Shown: one piece after another, positions 13,008 through 24,049 of the stretch
Position numbering within the stretch: position 1 is the stretch's first letter
Layout of the letters: each line of letters opens with the position of its first letter
From: Octopus bimaculoides
Taxonomy: Eukaryota
Length of the DNA stretch: 46,438 nucleotides
Reading direction: 5' to 3'
NCBI RefSeq assembly: GCF_001194135.2
Contig: NC_068996.1
Coordinates: forward strand, 19,839,523-19,885,960
Notes under the pieces: model-generated
Told to the model about the DNA's origin: nothing
The model's input: only the letters and a program-made list of their open reading frames with translations
Database searches by the model: none
Position numbers and translations under genes: made by a program

Positions 13008-13047
<40 letters not shown>

Positions 13048-13310
13048 TTTTCCTTTATTTATTTATTTATTTATTTATTCCTTGCTTGCTTGCTTCAACG
13101 CTTGCTTGATTACGTTCTTTCTTTCCTTTTACTTTCTTTCTTTCTTTCTTTCTTTCCTCCCCTCTCTCGCTCTTTCTCTTTCCTTTCCTCCTGTGTTTGT
13201 TTTATTTCTTTTGTTTCGTACCGTTCCGTTTCGTTCCGTTTACCTCCCTTCCTTTCTTCATTCCTTCTTTCCTTTTTTCCTTCTTTCTGTCTTTCTTTCA
13301 TCCTTTAACG
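12850..13310. repeat. (CTTT)n/(ATTT)n polypyrimidine-rich tract
   Basis: Direct reading. Confidence 0.93.
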
Positions 13311-13656
13311 AATCGATATTAACTTTCTATCATTTCTAATATGTACATTTATGTCAGTCAGCGTCTCACAAAACGATCAATCCACAGGATTGGATAATGC
13401 TGCTAAGCCAGGTTAACTGATTAACAATTATACACATTCAACTACATACATATGTATCTACATTCGTTCATATATATACATATGCGTATACATATGTGTG
13501 TGTATATGTGTCCATGTGTATATATATATAAATATATATGCATACATACATACGTTCATATATAGTCACAGGCGCATAAGTATGTTAACGTGTATGTATG
13601 CATGTATATATGTATATATGTATATATGTATATATATATACTTATATATACATATA

Positions 13657-13701
<45 letters not shown>

Positions 13702-13892
13702 NNNNNNNNNNNNNNNNNNNNNNNNNNNNNNNNNNNNNNNNNNNNNNNNNNNNNNNNNNNNNNNNNNNNNNNNNNNNNNNNNNNNNNNNNNNNNNNNNNN
13801 NNNNNNNNNNNNNNNNNNNNNNNNNNNNNNNNNNNNNNNNNNNNNNNNNNNNNNNNNNNNNNNNNNNNNNNNNNNNNNNNNNNNNNNNNNNN

Positions 13893-13941
<49 letters not shown>

Positions 13942-14359
13942 ATGTATGTGTGTATATGTATATGCATATACGTAGGCAGATGCATGCATAAACAGGCTTG
14001 CATAAACGCACATATAAGTGATGTAAATACTAGCACACACAATCACACACCCACAGGTATATACATGTAGGTAGGAAGGTAGGTAGGTAGGTAGGTAGGT
14101 AGGTAGGTAGGTAGGTGATGTATAGGTAGAGATAATTAAATAAGATGACTGGCCGGTAGTCATTGTGTTTATTGAGTAGAGCCAGGTGGTAGGAGTTTCC
14201 ACTTGTTTCCTTAAGTAGCCATGACAAAAACACCTTTCAGTACTCGTTTACCTATTATTCTAAATCATGTGATCGAAATATTGGAGTCCGAAACCGCAGT
14301 GTTGTGGTTGCTTGTCACATCGAACTTACAGATTGAATAATAAAGCAAAACTGAGACAA

Positions 14360-15030
14360 AAAACCGGCACTGCGTCGCTTACAAGGACGAGGATTCCAGT
14401 TGATCTGATCAATGGAACAGATTGTTCGTGAAATTAATGTACAAGTGGCTGAGCACTCCACAAACATGCGTACCCTTAACGTAGTTCTGAGGGACATTCA
14501 GCGTGACACAGTCTGTGACAAGGATGTGAGCACTCTACATACAAGCGTCACCTTAACATAGTTCTCATGATAAATTCAGCGTGACACAGGATGTGGTATG
14601 GCTGGCCTTTCTAAATTGAAGGTACAATTCATTTTTGTTAGCTAAGTGGACTGGGCAACATGAAATAAAAGACACAACGCGCAGCCGGGAATCGAATTCA
14701 TGACCTGAAAATTTTGAGTCGGAAAGTCTCGCACTCTGTCGGTTACGACGATGAGTTCTGTAAGTGATCCGATCAGCGGAACAGCCTGCTCGTGAAATTA
14801 ACGTACAAGCGGGTGAGCACTCCACAGACACGTGTACCCTTGATGTAATTCTGAGAGAAATTCAGTGTGACACAGAAAGTGACAAGATTGGTCTTTTGAA
14901 TTACAGGTACAACTCATTTTTCCAGCTGAGTGAACTAGAGCAAGAACACAACACGCCGTTAAGAATCGAATTCATGACCTTACGATTGTAAGCCGAATAA
15001 CCTAACCACTAAGCTACGCGCCTTCACACA
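14360..15030 (-). mobile_element. Two tandem copies of SINE family S3 (about 14360-14735 and 14736-15030)
   Basis: Both match the reverse complement of 44452-44837 (cgtgaaattaacgt..gagcactccac..cagcgtgacacag); tRNA-like head gaaggcgcgtagcttagtggttagg..aattcgattc at the right end. Confidence 0.88.
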
Positions 15031-15084
15031 TTGAGACAAAAAGCGTGTTTTGGAAATAATCTTAACACAATACAAAGAACAAGC

Positions 15085-15260
15085 GAAGTAATAATATTCT
15101 TTTCTAATATAAGCACAAAGCCTGAGTTTGGAGGAGCCTTGTAGTTGAATTCATCGGCACAGTACATCAGTGGTATTGTACTTTATCGAATTCGGTGGGA
15201 TGAAATGTAAGGTTAACTTTGGTGATATACGAACTCAGAACGCAAAGAGCTGTAAAAAGA
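15085..15260 (-). mobile_element. SINE family S2, heavily decayed
   Basis: aataatattcttttctaatataagcacaaagcctga..gtactttatcga..gatgaaa..gaactcagaacg resembles the reverse complement of S2. Confidence 0.6.
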
Positions 15261-15459
15261 AGAGTAAAGCAATTTCTCCCGTGCTCCATAATCCTGCCAA
15301 CTCTATCTCCGCTATCATCGCTGCCCTGTTTCCGCCAGTGTTAACACCCATGCCGCTGCTGCCTCTCTTACTTCCCGCCGCGTCCGCAACCTCCGCTTCC
15401 ACCGACGCCGCAGCTGACGCCTCTGCCTCCGCCACAGTCGCTATCATCTCTTCCACCGC

Positions 15460-15560
15460 TACTGTCACTGCCGCCGCTACCAGCGATTCTGTTACTGCCG
15501 CCGCTACCAGCGATTCTGTCACTGCCGCCGCTACCAGCGATTCTGTTACTGCCACCGCTT
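15460..15560. repeat. 27-bp GC-rich minisatellite, about 3 units (gccgctaccagcgattctgtYactgcc)
   Basis: Direct reading. Confidence 0.92.
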
Positions 15561-16370
15561 CGGCCTTACACCGCTTGCGCAGCGGCGGTCGATGCAGCTG
15601 CTACATCCTTTGCTGNNNNNNNNNNNNNNNNNNNNNNNNNNNNNNNNNNNNNNNNNNNNNNNNNNNNNNNNNNNNNNNNNNNNNNNNNNNNNNNNNNNNN
15701 NNNNNNNNNNNNNNNNNNNNNNNNNNNNNNNNNNNNNNNNNNNNNNNNNNNNNNNNNNNNNNNNNNNNNNNNNNNNNNNNNNNNNNNNNNNNNNNNNNNN
15801 NNNNNNNNNNNNNNNNNNNNNNNNNNNNNNNNNNNNNNNNNNNNNNNNNNNNNNNNNNNNNNNNNNNNNNNNNNNNNNNNNNNNNNNNNNNNNNNNNNNN
15901 NNNNNNNNNNNNNNNNNNNNNNNNNNNNNNNNNNNNNNNNNNNNNNNNNNNNNNNNNNNNNNNNNNNNNNNNNNNNNNNNNNNNNNNNNNNNNNNNNNNN
16001 NNNNNNNNNNNNNNNNNNNNNNNNNNNNNNNNNNNNNNNNNNNNNNNNNNNNNNNNNNNNNNNNNNNNNNNNNNNNNNNNNNNNNNNNNNNNNNNNNNNN
16101 NNNNNNNNNNNNNNNNNNNNNNNNNNNNNNNNNNNNNNNNNNNNNNNNNNNNNNNNNNNNNNNNNNNNNNNNNNNNNNNNNNNNNNNNNNNNNNNNNNNN
16201 NNNNNNNNNNNNNNNNNNNNNNNNNNNNNNNNNNNNNNNNNNNNNNNNNNNNNNNNNNNNNNNNNNNNNNNNNNNNNNNNNNNNNNNNNNNNNNNNNNNN
16301 NNNNNNNNNNNNNNNNNNNNNNNNNNNNNNNNNNNNNNNNNNNNNNNNNNNNNNNNNNNNNNNNNNNNNN

Positions 16371-17331
16371 ATCAAAAAGTACTGTCTCGAAAGTAATGAC
16401 GACCTTTAAGAAAGAGGGAAAAACCTCTTCGTCGAAACAAAACTCCGGAAGAAAACCAAAACTTTCAGATAGGGACCGTCGAACTCTTACACGAATTGTT
16501 AAAAAGGATCACAAAAGTAGAACTCCCAGAATTACTGCAGAGCTTAATGACCACCTTGAGAATCCAGTTTTTACAAAAGCTCTTCGCTGGGAGCTACTCA
16601 AAGCCGGATTTCACAGGAAGGCTGCAATCAGAAAACCACTACTTTCAAAGACAAACGTTGCAAAGCGTTTAGAGTGGAGTAAAATCCTACAGAATTGGTC
16701 CCTAGAGCAGTGATAGAATGATATTTTCTCGGACGAGTCATCCTTTACCTTATTTCCGACCACCAGCCGAGTATCCGTATGGAGACAGTCAAAAGAAGCA
16801 TTTGACACATGGAGGAGGATCTGTGATGATCTGTGGGCTGTATCTTGGAAATCTGCGAGCCCAATGGTTTCCCTTCATGGCAGAATTAATAGTGAAGACT
16901 ATTTAAGCATTTTATCTGATCAAATTCATCGTATGAAGACAGAACTCTTTCCGGGGGAAAACGCAATCTTTCAGGATGATAATGCACCAATTCACACTGC
17001 TAAAGTTGTTACTGAATGGCACGAGGAACATTCTAGTGAAGTTGAACATCTTATCTGGCCACCACAGTCTCCAGATCTCAATATTATTGAACATTTATGG
17101 TGCATTTTAAAAAAAGAAGTAAGGAGTCGATATCCCCCACCATCATCATTAGAAGAACTGGAGACTATTTTAGCTGCAGAATGAACAAAAATTCCTTTGG
17201 AAACATACTTCGTAAAAAGTCCATACCTCGTAAAATTCAAGCTGTAATTACTGCCAAATGCAGTCCTACTCCATATTAGAATAAATTTGTTTGAAATTTT
17301 AAGGTGTTTCCATTATTTTGTCCAACCCCTG
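16371..17331 (+). mobile_element. Tc1-like DNA transposon, DD36E triad, defective; right TIR present, left end lost in gap
   Basis: GRKPKL HTH region, FSDES, HGGGSVM, FQDDNAPIH..SPDLNIIEHLW; ends ggtgtttccattattttgtccaacccctg|TA; stops, frameshifts and a short deletion. Confidence 0.95.
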
Positions 17332-17760
17332 TATATGCATATATNNNNNNNNNNNNNNNNNNNNNNNNNNNNNNNNNNNNNNNNNNNNNNNNNNNNNNNN
17401 NNNNNNNNNNNNNNNNNNNNNNNNNNNNNNNNNNNNNNNNNNNNNNNNNNNNNNNNNNNNNNNNNNNNNNNNNNNNNNNNNNNNNNNNNNNNNNNNNNNN
17501 NNNNNNNNNNNNNNNNNNNNNNNNNNNNNNNNNNNNNNNNNNNNNNNNNNNNNNNNNNNNNNNNNNNNNNNNNNNNNNNNNNNNNNNNNNNNNNNNNNNN
17601 NNNNNNNNNNNNNNNNNNNNNNNNNNNNNNNNNNNNNNNNNNNNNNNNNNNNNNNNNNNNNNNNNNNNNNNNNNNNNNNNNNNNNNNNNNNNNNNNNNNN
17701 NNNNNNNNNNNNNNNNNNNNNNNNNATATATGTATATGTATATGTATGTATGTATGTATG

Positions 17761-17791
<31 letters not shown>

Positions 17792-18315
17792 CTTGTTACT
17801 AACATGCGACCAGCCGAAATGATAAAATATAAATCACAAATGAAGAAAATATACAATATTAGCCAATATCTATAAAATAAATGTAATTTTGTTCCAAGAG
17901 GAGAAAACATTTATTAAATCACATTTCTATAAAAATGAAACCCTATAAAGTCACGAATCATTCGTCGGAATTTTAATTTTAATGCGATGGAATCGGAATG
18001 AAGAGAGTGGTTACTTAGGTGCAACAAAAATATTATCCCGGTTAGTGGTTGTTAAGCAATATATTTCAATGTTTTCAATATACATCGATTGATGCAAAAG
18101 CGTTTGACTTATGAAAGATTCCTCGCTTTATGTAATATATTTCCAACAGGATTCTTAAGTAAGTTTATCTCTAAGGGAAATGTTATTTTGATTTGAAAAA
18201 TAACTTTTCGTTAATTTTTTTTATCACGTACAATCTCTGTCGGAATGAATAACAATCGATCCTAAGTGTTTTTGAGTGATACTCATAACACTGTGTAATA
18301 AAATTTTAATTTTGT

Positions 18316-19340
18316 TTATTATTATTATTATTATTATTATTATTTACTTTTAATCTGCATGTTTCTTACAGTCACTTGCTGAGATACACCCAGTGTCCTG
18401 GGGCAAATAAAGGATAACAGATGATACAGTATCACTGAAAGCTTGGGGAGGGGAAGTGGTGAAATATCTTCATGTAATAAAGACGGACATTTAAATTGAT
18501 AAGTTTTTTTCTAAGGATGTGGGTAGTACTTGTCAGTACAATCTTTTGGATTTCTCTGAGAAATGGTTTTTCCTGGGATCTTGTGTAGATGTTTCTGACA
18601 TCCCTTTTTTTTTTTGTCATATCTAGGGTATCTACAATAACAGGAACAGTTCTCGTTTTAAGATGCCACATCTTTTGTATTTCTATTTCCAGGTCCTTAT
18701 ATTTACTTAATTCATCAAATTCTTTGACAGATACATTTTTATCCGTGGGAACATTTACATCTATTAGTGTACAAATCTTTTCTTCCCTGGTTTTAATAAT
18801 TATGTCTAGTGGATTAGCCTGGATCGTTCTGTTAGTGTTGACTGGAAAATCTCAGAGGATACTGACATTTTTACCTTAAATGATTGGCTCAGGATGATGT
18901 TCATACCAGTAAGCAGGAGTGTTGAGTTTGTAGTGTTTACATATTTTCCAATGTAAATACTGTCCTACCCTATCGTGGCGATTTTTGTATTCGTTTGGTA
19001 TCAGCACAAGACATCGCGAGACGAGGTGGGCTATTGTTTCGTCAAATATGTCGAAGAATCTGTATTTAGGGTCAGAACCGTTTTGAAGAACGTTAGCCTG
19101 GTAGTTTTTTGTAATCAAGTTTTGATCTGATGCTGCCAATATGAAACCTTCAGTCTCTGATTTCTGTCCTGAACTTTTCAGCCACTGATGGGTTGTTGCT
19201 TGATCTTCGACTTCGAAGTATATACTGCCTATGCAGAGGTTTCTGGCTCCACTGCTCCTCAATTTGTTTTCGCCGGTTCTTTTTTGCAGTCATATTTTGC
19301 CAGTTACACACAGGGACTATATACTTGGTGTTCACTTCAG
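18316..19340 (-). mobile_element. R4/Dong-like 3' fragment (lineage C-like) with TAA tail (ATT on + at 18316-18344)
   Basis: QKPLHRQY, THQWLKSSGQKSETEGFILAASDQNL, ETIAHLVSRC..NEYKNRHD, KYKDLEIEI..MWHLKTRTVP. Confidence 0.92.
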
Positions 19341-19357
19341 CTTTATTATTCTTATTT

Positions 19358-19515
19358 TAGTTTCTTCGTCAGTTATTTCGACAAACATCTTGTGACCTCT
19401 TCAATGACTCTTTATCCCACGTGTCTTCCTTGTTCTACTTAATCTATTATATCTTGGAAACACTTGGGATAAAGAGTCGTTGAAGAGATCACAGTATGTG
19501 TGACGATTTGGCAAA

Positions 19516-19522
<7 letters not shown>
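19358..19522. repeat. Fold-back element: ~70-bp imperfect arms, ~26-nt loop
   Basis: 19391-19429 tgtgacctcttcaatgactctttatcccacgtgtcttcc vs reverse complement of 19456-19493 tgtgatctcttcaacgactctttatcccaagtgtttcc. Confidence 0.9.
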
Positions 19523-19573
<51 letters not shown>

Positions 19574-19907
19574 ATAAAAAGTTTTGAATGGTACAACAAT
19601 GCACTATAATACAAAAAATGGACTATATACCTGTTGTAATCTAGTTATCTATAGTCCGATGATATTTCAGAATACAATTTCTTCTTCAGATATTCTTAGA
19701 TTGAGTCTCTGCTATAAACTGCTTTCCAACGGCTTTTCTTTTATTTCGGAAGCGTCTCAGTAGTGGTCTCATGAAGCTCCTTCCGGAATTCCTCATGAAA
19801 AGTCCGTGAGGTCGGCTATGTTTTAATCTCGTGTGCGTTGGTACATCTGCAGCGCTGCTTCTAAGATATGTGTTATACGTGCAGCTTCTCTTTAATACTA
19901 CTACTAC

Positions 19908-19966
<59 letters not shown>

Positions 19967-20393
19967 CGAAGTGAAGACTATATATATATACACACGCACA
20001 CACACACTGCTCCTCACGTTAACTATGACCTCGTATTTTCTTTGGAGAAAAAAAAACTGTAATAGAAAAAAAAACTAAAATACTACAAGTACAAAAATCT
20101 CAATGGGGAGGGTATAATCAGCAATTTTAATCGGTTACACCCGACTGACTGCACATAAACTATTTTACAGCTATTTATGTACCACAACAATCGTTGAACA
20201 CGCGTTCACGTGTCAACACTCACGTTCTCTGCACACACGTGTCACTATGATTATAAAAACACATACACACGTCGTTGTAATTATTAGCCAAACAGTTATC
20301 GTATAATATATCATATATATCATAATCTCATTTATGACGAAATATCTGTCATTTCACGTACAGTTATTTCGTTGTTTTTTAATACAGATTTTA

Positions 20394-21375
20394 GGCGGCG
20401 AGCTGGCAGAAACGTTAGCCCGCCGGGCGAAATGCTTAGCGGTATTTTGCCTTACGCTACATTCTGAGTTAAAATTCCACCGATGTCTACTTTGACTATC
20501 ATCCTTTCGGGGTCGATAAATTAAGTACCAGTTGCGTAGTGGGGTCGATCTAACCGACTGGCCCATAATTTCGGGTCATGTGCCTAGAACAGAAAAGAAA
20601 AGAATATATTATAAATATCATAATCTCATTTATGACGAAATATCTGTTATTTCACGCACAGTTATTGTGTTACTTTTTAATATAGATTTAAGGCGGCGAT
20701 CTGACAGAATCGTGAGCACGCCGGGCAGAATGCTTAGCGGTATTTCGAACGTCTTTATGTTCTTAGTTCAAATTCCACCGAAGTCGAATTTTGTCTTCTA
20801 TTCTTTCGGGGTCGATAACATAAGTACCAGTTGAATTTTGGAGTTGATGTAATCGATTTAATCCATCACCCGAACTTGCTGGACGTATGCCAAAATTCGA
20901 GGCCAATATTTAAGGTAAGGAAGGTGGCGAGCTGTCAGAATCATTAGCACGCCGGGGAAAATGCTTAGCGACATTTCGTCCGTGTTTACGTTCAGAGATC
21001 AAATTCCACTGAGCTCAGTTTTGTCTTTCATCCTTTCCGGGTCGATAAAATAAGTATCAATTGAGCACTGGGTTCGATTTAATCAACTTATTCCCTACTC
21101 CGAAATTTTCAGGCCTTGTGCCTATAGTAGAAATTATTATTATTATTATCATTATCAATAGGCGGCGAACCGACAGGATCATTAGCACACTGAGTAAAAT
21201 GTTCTGCGGTATTTTGCCAGTCTTCACGGTCTGAGTTCAAATTCCGTTGAGGTCGGCTTTCCCTTTCATCATTTCGGGGTTGATGAATAAGTACCATTTG
21301 AGCACTGGGGTCAATGTGATCGACTTATCTCCTGCCCCAAAGTTTCAGGCCTTGTACGTATAGCAGAAGAGATTG
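20394..21375 (+). mobile_element. Four head-to-tail copies of SINE family S2 (starts near 20394, 20692, 20923, 21161)
   Basis: Each has ggYggcga..gcagaa..ttagc (A-box-like), gagttcaaattcc (B-box-like) and cattcct/ctttcggggtcgata..aagtacc; tails end in gaaa/ATT. Confidence 0.92.
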
Positions 21376-22000
21376 TTGCTGTTGCTGTCTTTGCTGCTGT
21401 TGTTGTCATTGTTATTTTCATTAAATTGCAACTGTTGTCGTTTAGTCCTAGTTTATTTAGTCGAAGTTTGTTTAGATTTATGATAACTGATAAATGATAA
21501 TCAATTTAAGAATATGTCTAGAACTCAACCAGTCCTTTTTCCAAAATAATAATATTTGATTGAGGGAAATTTGGCTGCATTTTCTAGTAGATGGAATAGC
21601 AACGAAAATATTTCCGCTTGATTCAGGATTGTTATTGTTTTTGGTGTTTTTAGGCCTACACCAATCCTCATTCAACAGACATATGATGAAAGCCGTTTCA
21701 GCCGTAACAATCCTACATTTTATTCAAATATATTCCGGACTACATTTCTTTGTTGGTTAGTTTCATGAGGAAAACTGCTCTGGCTCTGAGATTTCTATTT
21801 TCTACTTTTATGTCATGTACATAGGATTACATTATCTAATGTGTCCTATCTTTTAAAGACAGTTTGATCGACAGAACCAGATAAGTACAAACTTAAATAG
21901 TTAACTATTTCTTCCACACTGAAGAAAGGAAAATTTGACACATTAAGTTTGTAGCGTATTTGAGCTTAAAAAAAGTAGCTTATTTAATTCAGTGATTACC

Positions 22001-22090
22001 AATGAATTTGAACTCACAACATGAAGATGGAGGAAATACCGCTAAGCGTTTAGTCCGGTGTGCCAACGAATCTGCCAGCTCGTCGGCTTA
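22001..22090 (-). mobile_element. SINE S2 head fragment
   Basis: gaatttgaactca..aaataccgctaagc..ctgccagctcg is the reverse complement of the S2 head. Confidence 0.75.
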
Positions 22091-22514
22091 AATTGTGATA
22101 AAAATATTAAAAATAAAGTTGCATTTTTTCAACCACCGGTGGGGCGTACTTTTTTCTAGAATGTAATTGTAGGACCTAGAGATGGGAAAATAGGTTGGGA
22201 AACACTGATTTACCCTGTAGATGACAATTTTCTGAGATAGTTGCTACCTCCCGCTTCCTCAAAGTTAAAACATAAATCCAGTTTTGTAATCCACTCACTA
22301 AGTTTGTCATTGTTTAACCTCAAAGATCCCACATCAAGTAGATCCATGACGAAAGGCCTTATAACTAAAACAATTACATTTTTACTCTTGTGTATTTTAT
22401 ATCTAGAATAAAAGTAATTAGTTTTTGTTTTTTGTTTTTTGTTTCAGGACGATAGGGATCAGTTTGTGTAAAACTTGTCAATAGTTTATTTAAGTTTCAG
22501 TAACCACATAGGAT

Positions 22515-23595
22515 TATTATTATTTATTATAATCGAGTTCTAGCCCGGGCCGCAGCAACAAAGTCTACCCGCTACCTTTCACGGTCTAACATCAACATTA
22601 TTGTTTCATGGTTCTGGGTACATTCCAGGGCAGTGAATGCAATCAAGTTGTCAACGTAAATGTGATGCCGTTTTCCTCTTCTTACATCATAATGAAATGG
22701 ATTCCACAAGATTAATTTGGGTGCTTCTAGCTGTGGGTAGCGCACGCACTGACGAGATATTCGCAATTGTTTTTGTCTGATCTTTCTGCTAACTTTCGGC
22801 AGGTCAAAGATATGACAAAACATTCGTTTGTCATATGTTGCTATCATTTCACATTTAAGGCCATTCGTAGCATCCTTGTATAGCAGCCATCTAGCCCATT
22901 TGATAAATTCTTTGTCAGTCTCGTTATTTCACTGCCATATATTAGTACTGATTCCAAAGTTGCAATGAAAAGTTTGATTTGATTCGCTAGGAAATCTGGA
23001 GTTTCAGACCTTATTTACTTCATGACAGGTTTTTTATGCTTGTTCCTTCCTGATTTTGATGCCTGCTTCCGAACTTCTCACGTAACTACCTAAGAACTTG
23101 AAGTTTTCAAACACATTCAATTTGGAACCGCTTAAACAGTTTAGCAGCTCTCGATAGGTTGTAAGACATGTATTCCGTTTTCTTGACACTTGTATGCAAT
23201 CCAAATTTGGCAGCTGATGTTTCTACTCTGCTGAGGAACCGTTGTGCTTGAACTATTCAGATATGAGTGCTGCATCATCTGCAAGGTTCGTGTCTGTGAT
23301 GGTTACTGTCGGTACTCCCCACAATTTTTGTTGGTCAACGATGAAACCAACCAAGGATTTCGTCACTGTTATAGCCTGCCGCATTGCATAATCCAATACA
23401 ATTGCAAACAGGTAAGGTACAAGCGTGTGTCCTTGTAGCACTCCAGCTGGTATTTGAAATAATTCCGTTACACCGTCAAATGACAACGTACCAGCCTTTG
23501 TTTTCTCGTAGGTCTTTGCATGACTATTTTGTAACCAACTCTATGAACTTATATCGTGTAACCCTGAAGATCCCATATCAAGAACATATGTGACG
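22515..23595 (-). mobile_element. RTE-group LINE relic (RT C-terminal half to 3' end)
   Basis: DGVTELFQIPAGVLQGHTLVPYLFAIVLDYAMR..NLADDAALIS (RT motifs), FKFLGS, LDGCYTRMLRMALNV, LPKVS..LILW..RRG..IYVD; exact clade (RTE vs RTEX) not resolved. Confidence 0.82.
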
Positions 23596-24049
23596 AAAGG
23601 ACTTACAGCTATGACAATTACGTTTTAGCTGTTGTGCATTTCATGGAAATAGTTTTGGAGAAACAAAAACATTTAACTTAAATATTTCAATATAAAGTAA
23701 ATTCTCTAAACATTCAAGATATAAGGTTAAACCAAATGTCAACTTAATCCGAGCTTTGTAACTATCAATTTCTATATATATTCAGATTTCAACTTCTAAC
23801 GACAGTTAGCTGGCATCCACAGCAAAAGATAATAGCGTAAGCAGCCTCTAGTCAGATGAAGCAGCTTTTCACAGGAGGAGAAGCACAACTGAGCTCCCGC
23901 ACACACCTGCTTCAGAAGCACGAAGGCGTATAAACTATTTACAACAATTAACAACAAAAATAACTACAAAAGTGAAATATTAATCTGATTCACACCACCA
24001 TTCATATACTTCTTTTCTTAATCAACAAAATAAATTATGAAGCTAAAGA

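Noticed and set aside
14451-15560. Spaced direct repeats that could suggest a CRISPR-like array
   Set aside because: They are a SINE internal duplication and a contiguous minisatellite; there are no unique spacers or cas genes, and the context is eukaryotic.
22121-22206. Possible tiny hAT MITE (ggttgggaaacactg right end)
   Set aside because: The left TIR is too degenerate and no 8-bp TSD is visible; not supportable as a feature.
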